Positions 47,288-56,130 of a stretch of DNA of 64,000 bases are shown in pieces. The notes below the pieces were generated by a model, which made no database searches, was not told where the DNA came from, and worked only from the letters and a program-made list of their open reading frames with translations. Numbering within the stretch: the first letter of the stretch is position 1; each line of letters opens with the position of its first letter. This DNA comes from an uncultured Selenomonadales bacterium (lineage in GTDB: Bacteria > Bacillota > Negativicutes > Selenomonadales > Selenomonadaceae). The translations under genes were made by a program, and so were the position numbers. The stretch covers positions 78,950-142,949 of the forward strand of contig CAMZAX010000001.1 in the NCBI GenBank assembly GCA_947304355.1, written 5' to 3'.

Positions 47288-47716
47288 ATGGAACTTGAAA
47301 CCGTGGAGCAACGACACGCATTTATAAAAAAACTTGTAAGCGAAGCGTTTTCATTTGAAGACAGCTTGGTGCACGACAGCGAACACCAAGACGATTGGTT
47401 CAGCGCACTCAACACCGCCGAAGACCTCGTGGTCATTGAAGAATTTATTCGCACGGAAGAAATTTTATTGGACGCCTTTGCCGAAATGGAAGACGTGCCC
47501 TTCGCCGACGAGCCCGGCAGGAAATTTTTCATGTCGATCGTCGACGCAAACTTGGTCACTTTTGTCGATGAAATTCTTTGGGACAGAATCGGATACGCCT
47601 TTGACAACGTGCACGACAGATATTTCGCCACGGCAGAGGGCATTGCGTTCAAAAAAAATATGCGCGACAAACTCGCAACACTGATGGAAACTTACGAAAA
47701 CATTTACGACTTGTGA
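47288..47716 (+). CDS. Hypothetical acidic protein, paralog A
   Basis: GAAGGAGG RBS. The N-terminus MELETVEQRHAFIKKLVSEAF parallels paralog B. Confidence 0.6.
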   Translation: MELETVEQRHAFIKKLVSEAFSFEDSLVHDSEHQDDWFSALNTAEDLVVIEEFIRTEEILLDAFAEMEDVPFADEPGRKFFMSIVDANLVTFVDEILWDRIGYAFDNVHDRYFATAEGIAFKKNMRDKLATLMETYENIYDL

Positions 47717-47729
47717 AAGGCGGATTACT

Positions 47730-48161
47730 TTGGAACTCTCAACTGCCGACCGGCGACACGAATTCGTAGGCAAAATGATTGAAGCGGCTTTCAAATTTAT
47801 GGACAGCATGGACACCGAAGACAGCGACGAAGACATGGATTGGGGCGGCGCAGAAGTAGTTACGGACGATTTGCTTGCCGTCGAAAAAATGATTGAGGCT
47901 GAGCAAATTTTTCTTGACACGCTTGCCAAAATGGAAAGCGTGCCCGACCGTTGCGAAAGTGCAAAGTGCGCGCTTATTTTCAAGGACGGCTTAGACGAAT
48001 TCGTTCAAAATATTTTGTTGGGGCGTTTGAATCACGCCGCCAAAATTTTAGACGAATGGGGCTTTCGTTCGGAGCGCGGCATCAAGTTCAAGGACGATTT
48101 TTATGACAAGATTGATTCGCTCATTGAAATTTATCAGCAATATTACGACGAGGACGATTAA
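47730..48161 (+). CDS. Hypothetical acidic protein, paralog B
   Basis: MELSTADRRHEFVGKMIEAAF; same length and helical pattern as paralog A; TTG start. Confidence 0.55.
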   Translation: MELSTADRRHEFVGKMIEAAFKFMDSMDTEDSDEDMDWGGAEVVTDDLLAVEKMIEAEQIFLDTLAKMESVPDRCESAKCALIFKDGLDEFVQNILLGRLNHAAKILDEWGFRSERGIKFKDDFYDKIDSLIEIYQQYYDEDD

Positions 48162-48162
48162 A

Positions 48163-48309
48163 ATGAAATTCGACACGACCGGCGACCGAATCGCGGAATT
48201 GGACGCGCGGAACGAACGCTGCGACGAACGCCTTGCCAAATATCAAGACGACTTCAAACGGACGCTGACCGCCATGCGCGACACCTGCCGCGATATTTAC
48301 AAGCTGTGA
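48163..48309 (+). CDS. Hypothetical 48-aa coiled-coil-like protein
   Basis: ATG lies 1 nt after the upstream TAA. MKFDTTGDRIAELDARNERCDERLAKYQDDF. Confidence 0.4.
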   Translation: MKFDTTGDRIAELDARNERCDERLAKYQDDFKRTLTAMRDTCRDIYKL

Positions 48310-48368
48310 CGAACGTTGCCTTTAAGCCGCGCAGGCGTTATAATCGCGTGCAAAGGAGGCTGATTAAT

Positions 48369-49619
48369 TTGCCGGAAAGAAACAGAGTTGTGATTACCGG
48401 GCTCGGAGTCGTCACGCCCGTTGGCATTGGCAAGGATAATTTTTGGGCGGCTCTCACGTCGGGCACCAACGGTATCAAAAAAATTACGCGCTTCGACGCG
48501 ACGGGATACACCGTGCAGATTGCGGGCGAAGTGACTGACTTTGACCCCGCGCTTTTCATTGACAAAAAGGAACTCAAGCGCATGGATCGCTACACGCATT
48601 TTGCGTTGGCGGCGACCAAACTCGCCATTGACGACGCCAAGCTTGACATTGCGACAATCGACGGCGACCGCGCGGGAGTGTTCGTCGGTTCGGGTATCGG
48701 CGGCATGGAGACTTTGCACAACCAATACGAAAAACTTTTCACCAAGGGCGCGAATCGAATCAGCCCGTTCTTTATCCCGATGATGATTGCGAACATGGCG
48801 GCGGGCAACGTCGCGATTGCTTACAAACTGCGCGGACCGAGCGGTTGTCCCGTGACGGCGTGCGCTTCGGGAACGAATGCGATTGGCGACGCGTTTCACC
48901 TTATTCAGCGCGGCGACGCCGATTTGATGTTCGCGGGCGGTTCCGAGGCGGCGATTTCCCCTGCTGGCGTTTCGGGCTTCGCGGCAATGAAAGCACTTTG
49001 CTCCGACCACAACGACGACCCGGCTCATGCGTCGCGTCCGTTCGACAAGAATCGCAGCGGCTTTGTCATGGGCGAAGGTGCCGGCATTGTCCTGCTTGAA
49101 AATCTTGACCACGCCAAAGCTCGCGGCGCGCACATTTACGCGGAAGTTGTCGGCTACGGGCGCAACGACGACGCCTATCACATCACGACGCCCGCGCCCG
49201 GCGGTGTCACGCAGGCAAAGTGCATGGAGCTTGCCTTGAACGACGCAGGACTTAAGCCGCAAGACGTTGACTACATTAACGCGCACGGCACCTCGACGCA
49301 ATTCAACGACAAGGGCGAAACCGAGGCGATTAAAAATCTTTTCGGCGAACACGCTTACAAAATCCCCGTGTCGTCGACCAAATCAATGACGGGTCACATG
49401 TTGGGCGCAGCGGGCGGCGTTGAGGCTGTCGCGTCCGTCATGTCGATTGAAACGGGCATCGTGCACCCGACGATTAATTACGAGACGCCGGACGACGGCT
49501 TGGATTTGAATTACGTCCCGAACGCCGCGCAGACTCACGAAGTCAACGTCGCCATTTCAAATTCATTCGGCTTCGGCGGGCACAACGCTTGCGCCGTCTT
49601 CAAGAAATTCGTCGACTGA
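48369..49619 (+). CDS. fabF: Beta-ketoacyl-ACP synthase II
   Basis: RVVITGLGVVTPVG, active-site ACASG, two His motifs and GFGGHNA. TTG 48369 with AAAGGAGG upstream. Confidence 0.93.
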   Translation: MPERNRVVITGLGVVTPVGIGKDNFWAALTSGTNGIKKITRFDATGYTVQIAGEVTDFDPALFIDKKELKRMDRYTHFALAATKLAIDDAKLDIATIDGDRAGVFVGSGIGGMETLHNQYEKLFTKGANRISPFFIPMMIANMAAGNVAIAYKLRGPSGCPVTACASGTNAIGDAFHLIQRGDADLMFAGGSEAAISPAGVSGFAAMKALCSDHNDDPAHASRPFDKNRSGFVMGEGAGIVLLENLDHAKARGAHIYAEVVGYGRNDDAYHITTPAPGGVTQAKCMELALNDAGLKPQDVDYINAHGTSTQFNDKGETEAIKNLFGEHAYKIPVSSTKSMTGHMLGAAGGVEAVASVMSIETGIVHPTINYETPDDGLDLNYVPNAAQTHEVNVAISNSFGFGGHNACAVFKKFVD

Positions 49620-49637
49620 AAATTTTGCGTAAAAAAA

Positions 49638-49669
49638 AATCCCTTGACAACTGCGTCGGGGGATTTTTT
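49638..49669 (+). terminator. Rho-independent terminator after fabF
   Basis: CCCTTGAC (49641..49648) pairs with GTCGGGGG (49655..49662) and is extended by A/T pairs, followed by TTTTTTG. Confidence 0.65.
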
Positions 49670-49708
49670 GTGTTATAATCGCCGCAAGCAGTTTTTGGGA
49701 GTGGTTGA

Positions 49709-50596
49709 ATGAAGTTGCAAACAATCGAATATTATTTCCGCGAAGTGGCGATCTCAATGATTCGCAACCGCTGGATGACAGCCGCGTCAATCGGGACGGT
49801 GGCGTTGTCGCTGTTCGTGCTGGGCGTCTTTCTGATTCTCGTCATGAACATGAACAAAATGGCGTCGTCGCTGGAAAGTCAAGTGCAAATCTCCGTGTAC
49901 ATAAACGACAACCTGCCCGAAGACGGCCGCAAGGAAATAGAACGCATGACGCGCGAAATGAAAAGCGTTTCGGCTGTCGAATACGTGCCGCGCGAACAGG
50001 CGTTGAAAATTTTGCGCGAACGGCTCGGCGAAAACAAAAAAATTCTTGACGCGCTGGGCGAATCGAATCCGTTGCCCAACGCCTTCCTCGTGACGGTCAA
50101 ATCCGCCGACGACGTGAAGAAGACAGCGAATCTTATCGGCGACCTTTACGGCGTCGACGAAGTTAAATACGGGCAAGACGTTGCGGCGAATCTTTTTGAG
50201 CTGACGCACCTTATGCGGCTGTTCGGCGTGATTTTGATGGCGTTGCTCCTGTTCGCGACGATTTTCATCATCTCCAACACGATACGGCTGACTGTCTTCG
50301 CGCGGCGCAAGGAAATCGCAATCATGAAATATGTCGGCGCGACGGATTGGTTTATTCGTTGGCCGTTCATCCTTGAAGGCGTGGCGTTGGGCACAATCGG
50401 CGGCGGCGTGAGCGCATTGGCGTTGCGCAGTTTCTACGCGGCGATGATTGACAAAATTTACGAGTCGCTGGCGTTTTTCCCGATGATTGAACAATATCCG
50501 TTCATGCAATACTTGACAATCGCATTAATCGTCGCGGGCATTGTTATCGGCATATCGGGCAGTACCGTTTCGTTGAAACGCTTCATGGAGGTTTGA
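49709..50596 (+). CDS. ftsX: Cell-division permease-like protein FtsX
   Basis: N-terminal TM, extracellular domain and 3 C-terminal TM segments. YFREVAISMIRNRWMT is a typical FtsX start. Confidence 0.85.
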   Translation: MKLQTIEYYFREVAISMIRNRWMTAASIGTVALSLFVLGVFLILVMNMNKMASSLESQVQISVYINDNLPEDGRKEIERMTREMKSVSAVEYVPREQALKILRERLGENKKILDALGESNPLPNAFLVTVKSADDVKKTANLIGDLYGVDEVKYGQDVAANLFELTHLMRLFGVILMALLLFATIFIISNTIRLTVFARRKEIAIMKYVGATDWFIRWPFILEGVALGTIGGGVSALALRSFYAAMIDKIYESLAFFPMIEQYPFMQYLTIALIVAGIVIGISGSTVSLKRFMEV

Positions 50597-50600
50597 GGCT

Positions 50601-51833
50601 TTGAAAAAATTTTTTATCCTGTTGACGGCGACAATGCTCATGTTCAACGCGACGACCTTCGCCGACGACGATGACGACGAAATCGAACAGCTCGAAGTCG
50701 AAAAGGCGTCCTACGAAGAGGCTGCCGAACGCGCCCGCCAAGCCGCCGAATTGATTCAAGGCAAAATCGATTCCGTCTCCGAATTCAAGCGGCAACTCGA
50801 CGAGGCGGCGGCAGAAGCTACTGCGGTCTACGAAGAACGTCAAGCCGCGCTCGACGAAACGCTTTACCGCATTGACGAAAACGAAGTCAAGCTCGCCGAA
50901 GTCACCGAGGAGCTCAACGCCAAACATCAAGTCCTTGAAACACGCGTGCGCGACATTTACATTAACGGGCAAATTTCTTACCTGGACGTGCTGTTCGGCG
51001 CGCAAGACTTCGGCGACTTCCTGACGCGTATGGACTTGCTCAAGCGTGTCATAATCCGCGATTCTGAGCTGGTGGCGGACGTGTTGGCTTATCAAAACGA
51101 AATCAAGGAAGTCGGAAAGCAACTCGAAGCAGATCGCAAAGTCCAAACCGAATTGGCGGCAAAGGCAGAGGAAGCGCGGGACGTTCAACTTGAAAAGGTC
51201 GCGAAACAGCAAGCACTGATTGACTTAATGCAGAACGACAAAGACGTTTACGACCGGCAGTACGACGAAATGATGGCATCAAGTGCAGAAGTGCAACGGC
51301 TGATTCTCGCCAAGGAAGAAGAACGGCGGCGGGCGGCAGAAGCGGCTGAGGCGGCGCGTCGGCAAGCGGAACTGGAGGCGCAACGGCAAGCGGGCAACGT
51401 CGACATTGTGGAGTTTGGTGACGACAGCGGCTACGTCATGCAGAGCTACGGCGGCGGCATGATTTGGCCAATCAGCGGTCCGATAACGTCCGAATTCGGC
51501 TGGCGCACGCATCCGATTTTCGGCAGCGCGCGTTTCCACAGCGGGCTCGACATCGGCGGCGATTACGGTATGCCGATTCACGCGGCTCAAAGCGGCGTCA
51601 TCATTGAGGCGGGCTGGATTGGCGGCTACGGCAACACTGTTATGATTGATCACGGCGGCGGCATTGTCACGCTTTACGGGCACAACGAAAGCCTTGCGGT
51701 CAGCGTCGGTCAGCAAGTCAGTCAAGGGCAGGTCATTGCCTATTGCGGCTCAACTGGCAACTCGACGGGTCCTCACTGCCATTTTGAAGTTCGTGTCGGC
51801 GGCGAGCCCGTCAGCCCGTGGGATTACTTATAA
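50601..51833 (+). CDS. Coiled-coil M23 peptidoglycan metalloendopeptidase (EnvC/PcsB-like partner of FtsX)
   Basis: Signal peptide, ~250-aa coiled coil, then HSGLDIG...GNTVMIDHG...GSTGNSTGPHCHFE. Confidence 0.85.
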   Translation: MKKFFILLTATMLMFNATTFADDDDDEIEQLEVEKASYEEAAERARQAAELIQGKIDSVSEFKRQLDEAAAEATAVYEERQAALDETLYRIDENEVKLAEVTEELNAKHQVLETRVRDIYINGQISYLDVLFGAQDFGDFLTRMDLLKRVIIRDSELVADVLAYQNEIKEVGKQLEADRKVQTELAAKAEEARDVQLEKVAKQQALIDLMQNDKDVYDRQYDEMMASSAEVQRLILAKEEERRRAAEAAEAARRQAELEAQRQAGNVDIVEFGDDSGYVMQSYGGGMIWPISGPITSEFGWRTHPIFGSARFHSGLDIGGDYGMPIHAAQSGVIIEAGWIGGYGNTVMIDHGGGIVTLYGHNESLAVSVGQQVSQGQVIAYCGSTGNSTGPHCHFEVRVGGEPVSPWDYL

Positions 51834-51838
51834 TTAGA

Positions 51839-51888
51839 AATGCGAAATGCGCAATGCGCAATTAAAAAACCATTACGCATTTCGCATT
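51839..51888. terminator. Hairpin built from AATGCGN heptamers between convergent genes
   Basis: AATGCGAAATGCG (51839..51851) pairs perfectly with CGCATTTCGCATT (51876..51888). AATG/CATT extends the stem after a 1x1 mismatch. Confidence 0.6.
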
Positions 51889-51907
51889 ACGAATTACGCA
51901 TTGCCTT

Positions 51908-52783
51908 TCAGTTGTTGACGATAAAGCTCATTTCGGTCGTGAAAGTTTCGCCTACGCCGAGCGCGTTAATGCCTTCCTTGTCCTTGAAGTCGCCGTCGAA
52001 GTCAACGTAATCGGCGTGCCCGTGCCAAGGCTCAATGCAGATAAACGGCGCGCCGCCGCAATCGGGTGTCCAAATGCCCCAATACGGGAAGCCCTTTGCG
52101 CGAATCGTCAGCGACTTGTGGCTTTTGCGCGAGCAAACGGAAATTTCGTCGGACTGCAGGTCGTCAAAGATAAGCGCGTCGCCTTTGAACAGGTCGTAAT
52201 TCAAATCAAGCTCCGTGCCGTCAAGCGTCGGGATTCTCTCGTGCGACAGACCGTTTGCCGTAAGCAACAGCCGCGCAGATTTTTCGGGCTTGTTGAATTT
52301 CAAGTAGCAGTCGGTGAAATTTTCGCGATAGGCAATCGGGCAACAAATCGCCGGGTGCGCGCCGATTGAAAAGTAAATCGTCTTGTCGTCGACGTTGCGA
52401 ACCTTCCAGATGAATTTGACTTCGTTGCCTGTCAACTCGTAGGAAAGCTCCAAGCGGAACCTGTACGGATACATCTTGAGCGTCGCGGCGTTGGATTCAA
52501 GCGCGAACGTCAAAGCGTTGGCTGTGGCGTCGACGAGCCAAAAATCACTCGTGCGGGCGAAACCGTGTTGCGGCAAAGCAAAGTTCTTGCCTTCGGCGCG
52601 ATACTTGCCGTCTTTGACCTTGCCGACAATCGGGAACAGAATCGGCGAAGAATATCTCCACCACTTCGGGTCGCTGTCGAACAGATACTCGGTGCCGTCA
52701 GAAAGCGCGGTTATTGCTTTGAGCTCCGCGCCGCGATCGGCAACCTTGATTTTGAGCACGTCGTTTTGAATCGTGTGCAACAT
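51908..52783 (-). CDS. Aldose 1-epimerase-family protein (LacX/YihR-like)
   Basis: SPILFPIVGKVKDGKY...LPQHGFAR. ATG 52783 with GGGAGG upstream. Confidence 0.75.
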   Translation of the reverse strand: MLHTIQNDVLKIKVADRGAELKAITALSDGTEYLFDSDPKWWRYSSPILFPIVGKVKDGKYRAEGKNFALPQHGFARTSDFWLVDATANALTFALESNAATLKMYPYRFRLELSYELTGNEVKFIWKVRNVDDKTIYFSIGAHPAICCPIAYRENFTDCYLKFNKPEKSARLLLTANGLSHERIPTLDGTELDLNYDLFKGDALIFDDLQSDEISVCSRKSHKSLTIRAKGFPYWGIWTPDCGGAPFICIEPWHGHADYVDFDGDFKDKEGINALGVGETFTTEMSFIVNN

Positions 52784-52798
52784 TGTAAAACCTCCCAC

Positions 52799-54304
52799 TC
52801 AATCAAAAATTTCATACGCGCCGAAGAAAATCAGAATTTCGCGCGCCGCGCTCGTCTCGCTGTCGGAGGCGTGCACGGCGTTTTTGGTTTTGTCCTCGGC
52901 GTAAAGCTTGCGAATCGTACCGTCGGCTGCCTCGGCGGGGTTGGTCGCGCCGTTGAGCTCGCGGACTTTTTTTATCACGTCGTCGCCGCAAAGCACCAAC
53001 GCCATAATCGGCGCGCTCGTCATGAAGTCAACCAGCGCGGGATAATAAGGACGTCCGATGTGTTCGACGTAATGTTTCGCGGCAAGTTCGGGCGTCATGC
53101 GCATGACTTTCGCCGCCAAGATTTTAAAGCCCGCGTCTTCGTAGATTTTGAGAATTGCGCCCGCGTGACCTTTGCCGAACGCGTCCGGCTTGATAAGCAC
53201 CAAAGTTTTTTGCATAGAGTTTGCTCCTCCGTAAAATTTATAAATGTCTTCCGCTGAATTTATTCCGTAGTCGCTAAGTTTGACGGCTCGCATGAAATTT
53301 CCTGTCTTGTGCCGATACCAAGTCATAACCTCGTTCATGGTCGGCGAAGGCAATTTCAACGTCTCGGCGAACTGCAAGAGAATGTCCAAGCCGAATTCAA
53401 AATCGCACTTGAAATATCTGTTGTCGAAGTCGGGACGCCAACCGTCGGCGGCTTGTTTCATCGGCGAAAGGATTTTGCTTAAAGACGAAATGCTCCGCAA
53501 CTTTTTCGTCAAGGCGGGAATGGTGTCGCTCTCGTAGTGAATTTTCAGCGAAATTACGTCACTCAAGTCAACTTCAGGCAACGCTCGGCAGATGGCTTGA
53601 ACTTCGTCATCAAGCTTGAATAAAATTTCGGAGGCTTTATCGTTCCACGCCGCATAAAAAAGTTCATTGCGTTCAAAAGCCGAATCCGACTGCCCGAACA
53701 TTGCATAAAGCCGCGACGTGTGCAGGACGGGATTTGACGGCGTCAACGTTATAGACAAATAATTATCGGTCGCCGCGCAGGGGACGGTAAAAAGTTTTTC
53801 CATGTCGCGAACGACAGAGGTTGTATCTTTGCCGCGAAATGCCGCCAAGCTTATCGACGGCTTGCGCTCAAACCAAACGCTTTTGCCGTATTGTTTCAGG
53901 CGGGCGATATACGGCACGCGCGTGAAGCCGAACAACTTCGCGCCGCGTTTCAAAAGCGGTTGCAACAAAAATTCTGCGCCGCCGAAGCCCGGTATCATTA
54001 CAAGCTTTGTTTTGTAGTTGACGAAGGGCGCAACTTTTTCGGCGAAGGCAGCTTGAACATGCGACGGCAACGTTACGAAAATGTAATCGGTCGAATCGAA
54101 AGCCGCCGCCGCGTCCGACGTTACCAAGTTCAAATCGGCGGAAAATTCCTGCGCGGGCTCCCCCGAAGTGGTAATCGACGCAAAAATTTTTCTTTGCCAA
54201 TCTTGCGGGCGTGAAGTCAAAACGTTGACCGTATGATTTTTCGCGGCGAAGTCGACAGCCATTGCCGTACCCAAGTTGCCGCCGCCGACGATGCAAATTT
54301 TCAT
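52799..54304 (-). CDS. In-frame fusion of an opine (octopine/nopaline-type) dehydrogenase-like domain and nucleoside-diphosphate kinase
   Basis: MKICIVGGGNLG Rossmann start and TPSNPVLHTSRLY (Octopine_DH-like). The C-terminal 138 aa, MQKTLVLIKPD...NAVHASDS, is NDK. An internal GGAGGAG SD lies 8 nt before the NDK ATG (53215). Confidence 0.7.
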   Translation of the reverse strand: MKICIVGGGNLGTAMAVDFAAKNHTVNVLTSRPQDWQRKIFASITTSGEPAQEFSADLNLVTSDAAAAFDSTDYIFVTLPSHVQAAFAEKVAPFVNYKTKLVMIPGFGGAEFLLQPLLKRGAKLFGFTRVPYIARLKQYGKSVWFERKPSISLAAFRGKDTTSVVRDMEKLFTVPCAATDNYLSITLTPSNPVLHTSRLYAMFGQSDSAFERNELFYAAWNDKASEILFKLDDEVQAICRALPEVDLSDVISLKIHYESDTIPALTKKLRSISSLSKILSPMKQAADGWRPDFDNRYFKCDFEFGLDILLQFAETLKLPSPTMNEVMTWYRHKTGNFMRAVKLSDYGINSAEDIYKFYGGANSMQKTLVLIKPDAFGKGHAGAILKIYEDAGFKILAAKVMRMTPELAAKHYVEHIGRPYYPALVDFMTSAPIMALVLCGDDVIKKVRELNGATNPAEAADGTIRKLYAEDKTKNAVHASDSETSAAREILIFFGAYEIFD

Positions 54305-56130
54305 GCCGCCAACTCCTTTTTCAGCGCGGCAAGCAATTTGTCATTGTCTTCCGTCGCACGCACCGCCAAGCGCAGATAATTCTTGCCCGAAACTTTTGCC
54401 GACAGGTCTTTGACTAAAATGTTGCTGCCGATTAAAAGCCGCTTACAAAGCTCCTTCGACGACGTGTCGCCCGTAAGTTCAATCATGATGAAATTCGCCT
54501 GCGACGGCACGACGCGCACGCCCGAAATTTTTTCCAGCTCGGCGGCAAAGCGTCTGCGTTCAGCGCGGAGGCGGCAGAGCGATTCGACATAGGCACGCTT
54601 GTACTTCTCGAAAATCTGCATGTAAAATTCCGCGAACGAATTGATATTCCAAATGACGGCGTCCCGTTTCAGCGCGGCGATAAGTTCTTCGTCGCCCGAA
54701 GCCAACACGCCCAAACGCAGTCCGCCGATGCCGTGAGACTTCGACAGGCTCTTCATAACGCAAAGGTGTTTGTTTGCGCTCAAAATTTTTTGCTCAATCA
54801 ACGTCGCGTCCTCGTCGGCGAAGTCTGCAAAGCTTTCGTCGACAATCAGCCGAATATTTTTTTCCGCCGCCCAATTAATCAGCCGAATCAGTTCAAGTTT
54901 CGGAATGAAGTTGCCCGAAGGGTTGTCGGGATTGACGACGACCAGCGCGCTTATCTCCTGCCCGCCGAAGAAATTCATCAGCTCGGCGGCGGTGTAGGAA
55001 AAGTTTTCGTTGTCCGGCGCGAAGTAAACGGATTCGGCTTTGTCGTAACGGTTGGGATATTCCTCGAACGTCGGGCGCACGAAACCGACTTTGCCCGAAA
55101 GACGTTGCAGTAGCGACTTAATCAGCTCGGCGGCACCGTTGCCGACCAAAATATTTTCCTCGTGCACGCCGAAATTTTTCGCTGCAAGCAAAGCGTTGAC
55201 TCTCATGCCGGACGGATATTGCGTCAAAAGTTTTGCGGCGTTGGCGGTAATTTCTTCGACAAGCCTTTGCGGCGGGAAGTAGGGATTAACCAGATAACAA
55301 AAATCAATCAGCTTGGGATAACGCCAGTAGCCGCCGTAACGCCCTTGAATGCGTGCAAGCTTTTCGTCGGCGTCGGGCGCGAAGATTGATTCGGCAATGT
55401 CCAAATCCTGAATGTCGTCGATTTCGTACCAGCGCAAAGCTTTGTCGCGCTCACGAATCGAATCCAACCGCTTGGCGCGAATCTCCGGCTCGTCGAGAAT
55501 CATAATGACGCGCAAAACCTGTTCGTAATATTCGTTGTTGCCCAGAGCTTTCGAGTAGGCGTCAAGGAAAGGCACGTAAAGATTTTCTGAGAAATGCCGC
55601 CCGAATTTGTAAATGTTGACGGTCTTGTAGCAGTCGGCGGTATCCTTGAAGTCAAAGTTCTTGCCCGAAATGAACTTGTCGATTTTGTCGTCGGCGGTGA
55701 GTTTTATGCAGGTGCCGTCCATCCAGCTTTCGTACTTGTCGACGAGCGCGAGCGTTTCACGCGGGTCGTTAAGCAACGCCTCAAGCAAGCTGTCTTCAAA
55801 AATCAAATCGGACTCAAGCAAAAGCGTATCTTCCTTGCAAAGAAAATCTTTCGCCAGAAACAGTGAATAGATATTGTTCGTCTTGTCGTAAGTCGGATTG
55901 TTGACGTAGACAATCGGCGTCTGAATGTCGAGCGTGGCGATATAGTCAATCAGCTTTTGACTTTGATAGCCGACGACGATAACAATGCGCGACAGGTGTT
56001 GCTTTTCGAGCTGGTGAAGCATTCTGTCAATCAGCGTGACGCCGTTGACTTTGACCATGCATTTGGTGTTGTCTTGCGTCAATTCTTTCAGCCGCTTGCC
56101 CATGCCCGCAGCGAGAATAACAGCTTGCAT
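54301..56130 (-). CDS. Fusion of a LicC/MobA-like nucleotidyltransferase and a class I/II PLP enzyme (HisC/CobD-like)
   Basis: MQAVILAAGMGKRL...NNIYSL (NTP-transferase); NPDNPSG...SLSKSHGIGGLRLG (PLP lysine). Confidence 0.75.
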   Translation of the reverse strand: MQAVILAAGMGKRLKELTQDNTKCMVKVNGVTLIDRMLHQLEKQHLSRIVIVVGYQSQKLIDYIATLDIQTPIVYVNNPTYDKTNNIYSLFLAKDFLCKEDTLLLESDLIFEDSLLEALLNDPRETLALVDKYESWMDGTCIKLTADDKIDKFISGKNFDFKDTADCYKTVNIYKFGRHFSENLYVPFLDAYSKALGNNEYYEQVLRVIMILDEPEIRAKRLDSIRERDKALRWYEIDDIQDLDIAESIFAPDADEKLARIQGRYGGYWRYPKLIDFCYLVNPYFPPQRLVEEITANAAKLLTQYPSGMRVNALLAAKNFGVHEENILVGNGAAELIKSLLQRLSGKVGFVRPTFEEYPNRYDKAESVYFAPDNENFSYTAAELMNFFGGQEISALVVVNPDNPSGNFIPKLELIRLINWAAEKNIRLIVDESFADFADEDATLIEQKILSANKHLCVMKSLSKSHGIGGLRLGVLASGDEELIAALKRDAVIWNINSFAEFYMQIFEKYKRAYVESLCRLRAERRRFAAELEKISGVRVVPSQANFIMIELTGDTSSKELCKRLLIGSNILVKDLSAKVSGKNYLRLAVRATEDNDKLLAALKKELAA

